Source: Nitrosopumilus sp. (GTDB lineage Archaea; Thermoproteota; Nitrososphaeria; Nitrososphaerales; Nitrosopumilaceae). Taken from it: DNA of 64,000 nt. The stretch lies in the NCBI GenBank assembly GCA_965205215.1, contig OZ242041.1:1600001-1664000 (forward strand). Reading direction: 5' to 3'. How positions within the stretch are numbered: position 1 is the first letter of the stretch; each line of letters starts with the position of its first letter. The notes beneath the pieces were generated by a model. It worked only from the letters and a program-made list of their open reading frames with translations, ran no database searches and was not told the origin of the DNA. The translations under genes were made by a program, and so were the position numbers. Of the stretch, positions 1 through 9,369 are shown one piece after another.

Positions 1-399
1 AACGCCGCATATCTTGGAGATCGTCAAAGATGATCACGGCGTTGGGCGGTGGCATCGGCGGCGGACGGGCTTCGCGCACCGCGATCGCATGAGGGAGGGC
101 GAGGGCGAACAGCATTAAGGTGCAGCCGGCGGCGGTGGCGGCGCCCGCGTACAGGGTGGCGCGCGGCAGAAGAGAGCCGGCAAGGACCTGCCCGGCGGTA
201 CGGGCCGCCTCCACGGCGCTGTCCAGTTTGGATTTTTTTGCCCCAGATCTGTGCTCGTTTTGATGCGTTCGTGCGCGTGGATGTGTCGAAATTTTCGCAG
301 ATCCGAGGGGCCGGCGGGGGGAAGACCCGGATTTTACGCGGCGGCCGTCGGTTTGTGCGCAGCATACGCTGGGCGTGGCCCGTCTGCGGGCCGAATGGA

Positions 400-1380
400 C
401 TATGCGACGAGGTTGTAGCAGATGCACCTGAGCACGAGCTGCAGCTCGCGCATGGCAAACGTCTTTGCGCGCGCGACCGCGCCGAACCTCTCCTTGATGA
501 CTGAGAACGCCGTCTCGACCAGGCTGCGCCGGTGGTATGCCTTGCCAAACCCCTCCGGGTCGTCGCGGCGCCACTTGAGCATCATACCCATGGCATGGAA
601 GCCGTTGGTCTTGGAGTTCTTTCTGGGGCATATCACCGGTGTGCGTCCGCTGCGCGCAATCATGTCGCAGTTTGCCCTGGCAAGGTATGCCGCGTCCAGT
701 ATGACGTGGCCATCACCCCGCGGCACCCGCCCGTACATCTCCCTGAATATTGGCGAGTCGTGCGTGCGGCCTGCAGTCACCATGCACGTGACTATCGCCC
801 CGTGCGGCGCCATCAGCACGTGCAGCTTGTCAAACTCGCGCCGGGATATGATGCCGCGCTTGGCGTCCTCCCAGTCCGCGTACTTTATGATGGAGAACCC
901 CGACGAGTCTCCCAGCAGCGTCCCGTGCGCGTCGTCCCCGGACTGGGCGCCCAGCAGCGCGATCACCGCGTCGATCCTGCCTGCAAGGTCCCTTGCCCAG
1001 CCGTGAAGCCCGGACTTTGATGGAACTTTTTTTAAGCCGTACATGTTTACAGAACCTGAGTGTTCGTTCATGTACGCAACGTGAACTCTGTACGAGTGGC
1101 TGTGGGATGTCATGTCCACGAGGCATGCGATCCTTGCAACCCCGTGCTCGTTGGCATCGTGGAAAGTATCGCGGATCAGATTGCGTAATCTCTTGATCCT
1201 GATCCTTTTCACCTTGCCTTCTTCTTTCCGCTTCCTCTCGTACATCTTGTAGTCCCGGCATCCCCTGATCTTCAGTCTGCGCTGCTCTGCCCTGCATGTC
1301 CGCACGTGTGCGTCCTGTCCCTTTCCATCGCTCGTTCTGCGTCTCTTGCCGCTCTTCTTCCTGCTCCTTTTGGAAGTCAT
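400..1380 (-). CDS. IS5-family DDE transposase
   Basis: Motifs GDSSGF, KLHVL, HDS, LDAAY, YHRRSLVETAFSVIK. ATG at 1380 preferred over GTG at 1419 because a TATA-like box lies about 29 nt upstream of 1380. Confidence 0.9.
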   Translation of the reverse strand: MTSKRSRKKSGKRRRTSDGKGQDAHVRTCRAEQRRLKIRGCRDYKMYERKRKEEGKVKRIRIKRLRNLIRDTFHDANEHGVARIACLVDMTSHSHSYRVHVAYMNEHSGSVNMYGLKKVPSKSGLHGWARDLAGRIDAVIALLGAQSGDDAHGTLLGDSSGFSIIKYADWEDAKRGIISRREFDKLHVLMAPHGAIVTCMVTAGRTHDSPIFREMYGRVPRGDGHVILDAAYLARANCDMIARSGRTPVICPRKNSKTNGFHAMGMMLKWRRDDPEGFGKAYHRRSLVETAFSVIKERFGAVARAKTFAMRELQLVLRCICYNLVA

Positions 1381-1396
1381 TGGCGTAGCGGCTACA

Positions 1397-1413
1397 ATAT
1401 GATCAATAAGCTT
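1397..1413 (-). promoter_or_regulatory. Putative BRE/TATA promoter of the IS5 transposase (AAGCTTATTGATCATAT on the coding strand)
   Basis: TTATT about 29 nt before the ATG; 16/17 identical to the motif upstream of the IS66 transposases; related copy at 1432-1445. Confidence 0.6.
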
Positions 1414-1526
1414 TGCCACACGGGCGCGCCGTGATCTTTAAGCTTTTCGTGACTTTGTCAGTAAAAAGTTGGACAGCGCCCGCCTCCACTAAAAGCACAT
1501 AAATCAAAGGCACGTACAGCAGCCTC

Positions 1527-2681
1527 GTGAAGGTTACGGTATCGGCCATAAAGGCCGACGTGGGCGGAGTCGGCGGGCACACGAGGCCCAGCGACGGGCT
1601 GATTGCGGCAGTAAGGGGCGTGGTGCAGTCCTCAAGTGACATGCTCCTTGACCACTACATCGGATACTGCGGCGACGACGTCCACATTGTAATGTCCCAC
1701 ACGCACGGGACCGACAGCGAGGGGATACACAAGCTTGCATGGGACGCGTTCATGGCTGGCACGGAGGTCGCAAGGGCCGAGGGACTCTACGGCGCGGGCC
1801 AGGACCTGCTGAAGGACTCGTTTTCCGGGAACGTAAAAGGCATGGGCCCAGGCGTGGCCGAGATGGAGTTTGAGGAGAGGCCCAACGAGGCGTTTACCAT
1901 ATTTGCGGCGGACAAGACCGAGCCAGGGGCGTTCAACTACCCCATATACAGGATGTTCGTGGACGCGCTCAGCAACACCGGACTCATAGTCAACAAGAGC
2001 CTGGCAAGGGGCGTCGTGATAAACGTGATGGACGTGGAGGGTGGCAGGATTGCCGAGCTTGAGATGTGGCAGGACAAGCCGCTTTTGGAGGCGGCCCTGA
2101 TGTACCCCGGCAGGTACGTGGTGGACTCCGTGTACACAAAGGACGGCGAGCCGATACTATCGGCGTCCACCGACCGGTTGCACAACATAGCCGGCACGTA
2201 TGTCGGCAAGGACGATCCCATCTGCATGGTGAGGACGCAGAAGATGTTCCCCGCCACAGAAGAGGTCGGCAGCGTATTCAACAACCCGCACTACGTGGCC
2301 GGGAACACGCGCGGCAGCCACAACATGCCGCTGATGCCGGTAAGGCTCAACTCGGCGGCCACGATCAACTTTTGCATTCCAATTGTAGAGGCCCTGGTGT
2401 TCAGCATGCACGAAGGGAGGCTGACGGGGCCGTTTGACGGATTCTCCACGCCGGACTGGGATCTTGTCAGGGAGCGCGCCACGGCAAAGGCGCTCGAGAT
2501 GAGGAGCCAGGGCTTTATACACCCGGCCACACTGGTCCCCTCCGAGCTTGAATACGCCGAGGGCTACAAGGCTGTCATCAGCTCGCTGGACGAGAAGATG
2601 GTTCCAATGGACAACGCGTCAACCGGCGCAGCCAAGGCCGACGATGACGGCAGTGGAACCAAGTACGAGGATCCCGACTAG
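1527..2681 (+). CDS. fbp: Bifunctional fructose-1,6-bisphosphate aldolase/phosphatase (class V FBPase)
   Basis: IKADVGGVGGHT, GLYGAGQDLLKDSFSGNVKGMGPG, YVGKDDP, RGSHNMPLMPV motifs. Confidence 0.97.
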   Translation: MKVTVSAIKADVGGVGGHTRPSDGLIAAVRGVVQSSSDMLLDHYIGYCGDDVHIVMSHTHGTDSEGIHKLAWDAFMAGTEVARAEGLYGAGQDLLKDSFSGNVKGMGPGVAEMEFEERPNEAFTIFAADKTEPGAFNYPIYRMFVDALSNTGLIVNKSLARGVVINVMDVEGGRIAELEMWQDKPLLEAALMYPGRYVVDSVYTKDGEPILSASTDRLHNIAGTYVGKDDPICMVRTQKMFPATEEVGSVFNNPHYVAGNTRGSHNMPLMPVRLNSAATINFCIPIVEALVFSMHEGRLTGPFDGFSTPDWDLVRERATAKALEMRSQGFIHPATLVPSELEYAEGYKAVISSLDEKMVPMDNASTGAAKADDDGSGTKYEDPD

Positions 2682-2795
2682 AGGCAGCAGGACAGGCGCG
2701 CGCCACCCGCTTTCGAGCCAAATGCCAGGATTCGGCGGGCAGATCGGCAGAAAATGCGGGAAATAGTTAAATCAAAAAGGCACAAAGGCCATTTG

Positions 2796-3209
2796 ATGAG
2801 CAAGGTCGGCTGGATCTTTGAGTGGAGGACGTACCTTGCTACCGCACTGGCCGTGATCTCATTCTCGAACTTTATGGCGGTGCTGTTCGGACAGACCATA
2901 CCCGGCGTGGTCGTCGACTTTTTCAGGGTGGCAGGCGAGTACGTGGTGCTCGGCGCCGTCTTCGTGTTCGCCATGGCCTGGCTCCTAAAGGCAAAGCCCC
3001 ACAACCGCCCAAAGGCGTACCGCATAGTGGTCTTTGACGTGTACGGCAAGCAGGTGGTCGTCGACGGGATACGCACCGAGTTCAAGACGCACGACGTGGC
3101 ATGGAGCTACATGAAGCAGTACAAGGCGGCGTACCCGCTGCACAACTTTGCGCTCATCTCCGACATGACGCCGGGGCCTAACAAACCCACCATACTCAGG
3201 TACATCTGA
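2796..3209 (+). CDS. Hypothetical membrane protein (2 N-terminal TM helices)
   Basis: Host-like codon usage, two hydrophobic helices, AT-rich promoter upstream; start moved to ATG 2796. Confidence 0.75.
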   Translation: MSKVGWIFEWRTYLATALAVISFSNFMAVLFGQTIPGVVVDFFRVAGEYVVLGAVFVFAMAWLLKAKPHNRPKAYRIVVFDVYGKQVVVDGIRTEFKTHDVAWSYMKQYKAAYPLHNFALISDMTPGPNKPTILRYI

Positions 3210-3242
3210 ACTGTTTTTATTCGGCCCCGCCGCAAAAAGGCA

Positions 3243-5000
3243 GTGGAGTTTTCCGTTCTTGCAGACGCGTTTGAGAAGATGGAATCCACCACAAAGCGTA
3301 ACGAGCTCACCCAGATACTGATAGCGCTGTTCGAGCAGACGCCGCATGACGTGGTGGCAAGGGCCGTGTACCTCCTGCAGGGAAAGATCAGGCCGGACTT
3401 TGAGGGCGTCGAACTCGGGGTGGCAGAGAAGCTTGCCATAAAGGCCCTCTCAAAGTCCTCCGGCGTCCCCACGAAAAGGATAGAGGAACAGTACCGCAAG
3501 GACGGCGACCTGGGCCGCGCGTCAATCGATATAATGGGGCAGAAGACGCAGACCACGTTCTTTGTGCAGGACATTACGGTAGAGAGGGTGTACGATACCC
3601 TCTTCAGGATTGCGAGGCTCGAGGGGGCGCGTTCGCAGGGCATGAAGTCGAGGTACATATCAAGCCTGCTGAACGACGCGCGTCCGGCAGAGGCCGGATA
3701 CATACTGAAGATACTGCTCGGGACGCTGCGGTTTGGCATAGCCGAGAACACGATAATGGACGCGCTGGCCGCCGCGTTCACGGGGGACAAGGCAAACCGC
3801 GGCGCGGTCGAGCGCGCATACAACGTGTCAAGCGACCTCGGGGCCGTCGCCGAAGCCATCGCCGCGGACGGGCTGGAGGGGGCAGGCAGGTTCAAGGCCG
3901 AGCCGTTCCGCCCCATACGGCCCATGCTCGCCGAGCGCGTCAAGAGCGAGGAGGACGCCATATCGAAGATGGGAGCCGGACTCGCCGCAGAATACAAGCT
4001 TGACGGCGAGCGGGTGCAGGTGCACATGTCAGGCAAGAGGGTCGAGATGTTCTCGCGAAGGCTCGAGAACATCACCGCCCACTATCCGGACATCGCAGAG
4101 AGGCTGCCTCAGGACGTGTCCGCGGGAGAAGCCATACTGGAGGCCGAGGCGGTTGCAGTAAACGAGAAGACCGGCGAGTTCCTGCCGTTCCAGGAGCTCA
4201 TGCACCGCAGAAGAAAGCACAAGATCGAAAAGGCCGTGTCCGAATACCCGGTTACGGTCAACTTTTTCGACATACTGTATCTGGACGGCAAGAGCTGCCT
4301 GGAGGTTCCGTATGCAAAGAGGCGCGCCATACTGGAGGACACCATAGCGGAGGGGGAGCGCGTGAGGTGCGTCGCGATGGCCACGATAACCAGCGCGCAG
4401 GAGATGTCGGAGTTTATGGAGAGCGCAATAAACGCAGGGAGCGAAGGCCTGATGCTAAAGATGCCGGACGCCACATACCAGGCGGGGGCGCGCGGAAGCA
4501 ACTGGCTAAAGCTCAAAAAAGAGTACAGGAGCGAGCTCGGCGACAGCCTCGACCTAGTGGTGGTCGGGGGATTTTTTGGCAAGGGCCGGAGGACGGGCAT
4601 ATACGGCACGCTCCTGCTTGCGGCGTACGACGACCAGCTCGACACGTTCCCCAGCGTATGCAAGGTGGGCACCGGATTCACCGACGAGGAGCTTGACAGG
4701 CTCTACCAGATACTGCATCCCAAGGTTACGATAAGGAGAAACCCGCGCATAGACAGCGCGATGGAGGCCGAGGTGTGGTTTGAGCCCGAGCTTGTTATAG
4801 AGACGGTGGCATCGGAGATAACGCTCAGCCCCGTCCACAGGGCCGCGTGGGACGCGGTAAGGAAGGATGCTGGACTCGCGCTCAGGTTTCCAAAGTATAC
4901 GGGCCGCACAAGGGACGAAAAGCACCCGGAGAGCGCGACTACGACGCGCGAGATAGTCTCAATGTACAGGAGCCAGAAAAAGACCCTGCACGTAGAGTGA
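3243..5000 (+). CDS. lig: ATP-dependent DNA ligase
   Basis: EYKLDGER adenylation motif, EGLMLK, WLKLK, LRFP. Confidence 0.98.
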   Translation: MEFSVLADAFEKMESTTKRNELTQILIALFEQTPHDVVARAVYLLQGKIRPDFEGVELGVAEKLAIKALSKSSGVPTKRIEEQYRKDGDLGRASIDIMGQKTQTTFFVQDITVERVYDTLFRIARLEGARSQGMKSRYISSLLNDARPAEAGYILKILLGTLRFGIAENTIMDALAAAFTGDKANRGAVERAYNVSSDLGAVAEAIAADGLEGAGRFKAEPFRPIRPMLAERVKSEEDAISKMGAGLAAEYKLDGERVQVHMSGKRVEMFSRRLENITAHYPDIAERLPQDVSAGEAILEAEAVAVNEKTGEFLPFQELMHRRRKHKIEKAVSEYPVTVNFFDILYLDGKSCLEVPYAKRRAILEDTIAEGERVRCVAMATITSAQEMSEFMESAINAGSEGLMLKMPDATYQAGARGSNWLKLKKEYRSELGDSLDLVVVGGFFGKGRRTGIYGTLLLAAYDDQLDTFPSVCKVGTGFTDEELDRLYQILHPKVTIRRNPRIDSAMEAEVWFEPELVIETVASEITLSPVHRAAWDAVRKDAGLALRFPKYTGRTRDEKHPESATTTREIVSMYRSQKKTLHVE

Positions 5001-5215
5001 CGGGACGGGCGCGCCCCACGACGATTCTCAACAGCCGGGGCGAAGGATCATGCGGGCCGAATGATCCGCGCCGTCGCGCGGCGCACGTGCAAGCAGCTAC
5101 GCCGTCGCCGCCACCCCGACGACGACGGCGGCGCCGCAAACGAGGCTGCCCAGGAAGAGGCTGCGGCCGCAACCATACACAACTTAAATTACAGAATCGC
5201 CTTTTACTCTCTGTT

Positions 5216-5869
5216 ATGTATAGTGGCGAGTTGGAGGTACAGGCAAAGCGCAAGGCGATTGCCGTGCTCCAAGACGAGATTAACCGCATACTCAACGCGT
5301 CAAGAGAACTCGCCACCCTGCCGGACCTGATGATGAAGAGGGACAAGCAGGGAATCAAGTCCGCGCTAGAGCAGATATCGTCCATAGAAGAGGACGTGGA
5401 GAACCTGCGCCGGAAGATAACAAGGGAGGTCGCCGACGTAGGAGGCCTGATAATGAACAGGGAAAACCTGCTCAACACCGCGTACACCATGGACGAGATT
5501 GCAGGATACATCACCGGCATATCGTTCAAGCTCTCAAACGTAAAGCCGACCACCCTGCGAAACGCGAAGATCGACAAGGATATCACGGATCTAATCGACC
5601 TGGTAGTCGACGAGGTGTACAAGCTCAACGAGATAATACGGAGCCTGACCACAAACACGGCAAACGCGATAGAGCTTGCACAGGAGACCCAGACCATAGA
5701 GAGGGAGATCGACATAAAGTACAGACAGGCCACGATGAAGCTGCTAACGGAGATAACCAACACGAAGGAGATGATGCTGATGAAGGACGTGATAGAGGGA
5801 ATAGAGGAGATGGCCGACAAGTGCCAGAGGGTCTCAGACTCGTTCATACTGCTTGCCCTCAGCCTCTGA
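5216..5869 (+). CDS. DUF47/PhoU-like helical phosphate-transport regulator
   Basis: Duplicated helical repeat (IEEDVENLRRKI / IEREIDIKYRQA, IEEMADKC); start set at MYSGELE. Confidence 0.8.
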   Translation: MYSGELEVQAKRKAIAVLQDEINRILNASRELATLPDLMMKRDKQGIKSALEQISSIEEDVENLRRKITREVADVGGLIMNRENLLNTAYTMDEIAGYITGISFKLSNVKPTTLRNAKIDKDITDLIDLVVDEVYKLNEIIRSLTTNTANAIELAQETQTIEREIDIKYRQATMKLLTEITNTKEMMLMKDVIEGIEEMADKCQRVSDSFILLALSL

Positions 5870-5975
5870 GTCCGCGCACGTGTTTTGGGACAGGGCGTGG
5901 CGGCGGGACGGATCATACCGCGTCGGGAAACAGGGAGAGTGCAACCCATATACGCAGGCAGTGCGCACGCCACGC

Positions 5976-6530
5976 ATGGCAAAGAGAAGGGCCATACCCT
6001 GCGAGCTTGTCGAGAACCGCGTGATGGTGTGGGACAGGGACGACGCCAAGACGGTGTTCTCCATGGGATATTATGGCAAGCCCGTAGGCATGCCAAAGCC
6101 GAGGATAGAGGAGATAGACGTGCCGCTCGTGCTGGACCTCATCGAGAGCCTCTACCTGCTTGAAAGCAACGTAATCAAGGTAACGATGTCGCGGCGCCGC
6201 GTGTCGGCGCAGCAGATGGCGCAGATGTGCCGCGGCCAGTACCACGAGTTTGACAAAAAGTACATCGTATACAAAAAGTTCAGGGATCTTGGATATGTCG
6301 TCAGCTCCGGCATAAAGTTCGGGTGCGACTTTGCAGTGTACGAGAACGGGCCCGGGATCGACCACGCGCCATACATGGTGCACGTATACAGCAGGGCGGA
6401 TCCAGTGACGTCCACGGGGGTGGTGCTGGCGGGCCGGCTCGCATCTACCGTCAGAAAGCAGTTCATACTGGCAATACCGAGGAGCAGCAAGAACGTGGAC
6501 TTTGTGTCACTGGACTGGTGGAAGGCATGA
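5976..6530 (+). CDS. endA: tRNA-intron endonuclease, catalytic subunit
   Basis: GIKFGCDFAVY...HAPY...RLASTVRK carrying the Y/H/K triad. Confidence 0.95.
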   Translation: MAKRRAIPCELVENRVMVWDRDDAKTVFSMGYYGKPVGMPKPRIEEIDVPLVLDLIESLYLLESNVIKVTMSRRRVSAQQMAQMCRGQYHEFDKKYIVYKKFRDLGYVVSSGIKFGCDFAVYENGPGIDHAPYMVHVYSRADPVTSTGVVLAGRLASTVRKQFILAIPRSSKNVDFVSLDWWKA

Positions 6531-6917
6531 CTCCCTGACGTGCCCGGCTATGCGGTCGTAGATCTCAAACATGTCACGGCCAATGCCAAACGAAGCCTCG
6601 TCTCTCCACCTCCCGTGTATGCGTATGTTCTCGCCGGTCTGTTCGACGAATATGGCCGCGTCCCATACGGACTGCCCCGCGATCATCTCGTTGAGTTCAG
6701 CATCCTGGTTGAGGCGCGCCAGCAGAGGATGGCTTGGCCCCTCCCAGCTGACCGACTCGACCCTTTTTGCGGCAAAATGCCCGCGGGTCTCAAGCCTTGT
6801 CCTTGCAAAGACGTCGGCACCCTTGTGCGCCCTCTCGTTATAATCCGGTATGCTCACCAGAAAGTGGGCCTGGTACCTGTCGAGCGCCCCCCACGGCGCG
6901 ACGTTTGGATCCTGCAT
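6507..6917 (-). CDS. Hypothetical protein
   Basis: Protein-like 136-aa ORF, convergent overlap with endA. Confidence 0.7.
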   Translation of the reverse strand: MQDPNVAPWGALDRYQAHFLVSIPDYNERAHKGADVFARTRLETRGHFAAKRVESVSWEGPSHPLLARLNQDAELNEMIAGQSVWDAAIFVEQTGENIRIHGRWRDEASFGIGRDMFEIYDRIAGHVRESCLPPVQ

Positions 6918-6972
6918 CCCCGCTCATCGCCTACCCTTCGATATTGCCATCACTCGATAATCACCACAGCCG

Positions 6973-6997
6973 TCATCATCATCATCATCATCATCAT
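6973..6997. repeat. (TCA)8 microsatellite
   Basis: Eight perfect TCA units, intergenic. Confidence 0.9.
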
Positions 6998-7021
6998 TTG
7001 TCACTGCCATTAACTGTCAAG

Positions 7022-7258
7022 TCATCCCTTTTGTACGAGGTGCACCGCGTCTATATTGCACCCCTTCAGCACGGCGCACCCGCGATTCGTCACCATACGC
7101 GGCGTGCTTGCCGCATACCTAGAGTAGTAGTCACCTGACTCCGCAGGTGTGGTGCCCACACCGCAGGCCTCCGCCTCGACGCCGATTCCGGCAAGCATGC
7201 CGGCAAACCTTTCGGGCCAAGTCATCGCCTCAAACGTGTCAGGCTCGTCGTCGTGCAT
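7022..7258 (-). CDS. Small hypothetical protein
   Basis: MHDDEPDTF... start follows TATA-like ATATTTATTT at about 7281-7290. Confidence 0.65.
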   Translation of the reverse strand: MHDDEPDTFEAMTWPERFAGMLAGIGVEAEACGVGTTPAESGDYYSRYAASTPRMVTNRGCAVLKGCNIDAVHLVQKG

Positions 7259-7488
7259 AACGAAGCTGTCGCACTCCCACAAATAAATATTGGCAGCCGG
7301 CGCGCGCCAGGCCCCGGGCAGGCCCGTGTCAGTCCCCGGGAGACCCATCTCACGCGCAACGGCGTGCGCCGCGCCCGGGGCGTCCCGCGGACTGCCTCGT
7401 TCGCGTTCGAGGCGTTCGGCGCGCGACAATGTGGGCAGGCAGCCCTGCCAATCAATCAAAATAAATATCAAAGCGAAACCGAACAGCC

Positions 7489-9321
7489 ATGGGTTTTGCA
7501 GGCAAGACCGCCCTGATCACGGGCAGTGGCACCGGGATAGGCCTTGCAATAGCAAAAAAGTTTGCCAGGCACGGGGCAAACGTGATCATACTGGGAAGGC
7601 GAAAGGAGCCGCTGGAGTCCGCGGCGGCGGAACTCAGGGACATCGCGCGGCAGCAGGGGCACGGGGATGCCAAGGTTACGATATTTCCCGGGGTGGACGT
7701 GGCCGACGAGGCGGGCGTCAGCTCCATGTTCGACAGGCTGGCCGCAGACGGCACGACGGTAGACTACATGATAAACAACGCCGGGGTATCGGGGCCGGTC
7801 ACCTGCTTTGCGAACGCGTCAATAAAGGACTTTGAGAGCACCGTAAACATACACCTGACAGGAACGTTCTGGGGCTCAGTCCAGGCTCTCAGGGTGATGG
7901 GGCGGGGCGGCAAGATAGTCACGATATCGACCTTCTTTACGGAGGAGAGGCCGCTTGAGCAGCGGCCCTACAGGTTCAGGAGCCCGTACACCGCATCCCA
8001 GGGCGCAAAGAACAGGCTCGCGGAGATGATGTCATGGGAGCTTGCCGGGACGGGCATCGCGTCCATTGCAACAAACCCGGGGCCCGTCCACTCGGACAGG
8101 ATATACAAGACCGTATACCCAAAGGCGGCGGCCGAGTTCATGAGGGTGAGCGGGTACGAGTCCATGAGCCCCGCGGAGGTGGAAAGGTACGCGTCTGAGA
8201 GACTGCTGCCGTTGCTAGGCGAGGACGAGGGGACGGTATCGGCCGGAGTCGCGTCGGCCGCAAGGGCAATGTCGCATGAGAAGGGCATGGCGGAGGATGA
8301 GGCCTCCAAGATCCTCACGGGCCTGCTAGAGAAGATACAGTACATTGCAGAGAAGGTGCAGAAGAACACGTCGCGGATGATTGCAAACCAGGAGTTTCTA
8401 TCGCAGGACCAGGTCGCAGAATCGGTGCTGAACCTGTGCGGCGACGAGATGTCGGCAATACTCGACGGCAAGGTCGTGCCAGGCGACAGGGTCTTTTATC
8501 CGGTAAAGCCGCACGTTGCAGGCGCGCTCCCCGCGCCAAAGGCAAGGCAGGACCTGTCGGGCGGAAAAGGCATCATCGTAATCACGGCCGATCCCACAGA
8601 CATGGAAGACGTGCGGCACATAGAGCACATGGCGTCCCACATACAGGACGACTGCGGGGGGGACGTGGTGTGCTTCGTGTCAGAAGCGGCGCCCGCCGAG
8701 GCCGCGGAGCGCATCGCCAAGAAGATGCATTCGCACGTGATAAACCTGGCCGACCCCGAAGAGGTCTCCAGGTGGCTTGGAACCGCCCAGCAGAAGAGGG
8801 GGAAGATACTGGGGGCCGTACACTACACGGGCAGCGTCCCGGCAGTCGAGAAGCTGATCAAGGTTACGCGCAAGGAGTGGGACGGGCTCGTCTCAAAGTT
8901 TGTCATCAGGCCCGCCGTATCGGCGCAGGGCGTGCTGGACGCGTTCGTGCCCGGAGGCGGGGAGGATCCCAGGCGGTTCAAGGATACGGACGGCACGATC
9001 ATGATCGTGGGGCCCCGACTGCCATCCGGCAAAAAGACCACGGGCATACAGAGGGCGCAGGCAGAGGTGTTCAGGGGGGCTCTTCGGCCGTTCGTCACCA
9101 CGGTCAACCAGGAACTCAGCGACGTGCTGGGATCCAGGATCAGGGTGTTCGCGGCCCTGCCAGGCTCCGTGACGGGGGCGGAGCCCGACCCGCAGAGGAT
9201 TGCAGACGTGTTTGATACGGTAATCTCGCCGGCAGATGCCGACGGCGGCAAGGGGGCAGAAGGGGGCTCGCCGGCAACATCCCTGTCCACGGTCATATTC
9301 TGCACAGACGAGGCGCGCTGA
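7489..9321 (+). CDS. Large two-domain SDR oxidoreductase, malonyl-CoA reductase-like
   Basis: TGSGTGIG, NNAG, PY..R.PY motif, PGPVHSDRI; degenerate second Rossmann domain. Confidence 0.85.
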   Translation: MGFAGKTALITGSGTGIGLAIAKKFARHGANVIILGRRKEPLESAAAELRDIARQQGHGDAKVTIFPGVDVADEAGVSSMFDRLAADGTTVDYMINNAGVSGPVTCFANASIKDFESTVNIHLTGTFWGSVQALRVMGRGGKIVTISTFFTEERPLEQRPYRFRSPYTASQGAKNRLAEMMSWELAGTGIASIATNPGPVHSDRIYKTVYPKAAAEFMRVSGYESMSPAEVERYASERLLPLLGEDEGTVSAGVASAARAMSHEKGMAEDEASKILTGLLEKIQYIAEKVQKNTSRMIANQEFLSQDQVAESVLNLCGDEMSAILDGKVVPGDRVFYPVKPHVAGALPAPKARQDLSGGKGIIVITADPTDMEDVRHIEHMASHIQDDCGGDVVCFVSEAAPAEAAERIAKKMHSHVINLADPEEVSRWLGTAQQKRGKILGAVHYTGSVPAVEKLIKVTRKEWDGLVSKFVIRPAVSAQGVLDAFVPGGGEDPRRFKDTDGTIMIVGPRLPSGKKTTGIQRAQAEVFRGALRPFVTTVNQELSDVLGSRIRVFAALPGSVTGAEPDPQRIADVFDTVISPADADGGKGAEGGSPATSLSTVIFCTDEAR

Positions 9322-9369
9322 CCGGACATGCAACCCACTGTCACCACCACCACCAGCCGCGGATAGAAA

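Larger units (their letters stand above)
215..1480 (-). mobile_element. IS5-family (IS903-like) insertion sequence, 1266 bp
   Basis: Inverted termini GGCGCTGTCCA (215-225) / TGGACAGCGCC (1470-1480); 9-bp target duplication CGCCTCCAC at 206-214 and 1481-1489; encloses a DDE transposase. Confidence 0.9.

Noticed and set aside
1-205. Gene fragment at the window start
   Set aside because: No recognisable protein motif in any frame; cannot be supported
4847-5215. Long Arg/Pro-rich N-terminal extensions in the ORF track (also at 19826, 26548, 35762, 38766)
   Set aside because: Open by chance in GC-rich spacers; AT-rich promoter-like sequence or domain boundaries point to downstream starts
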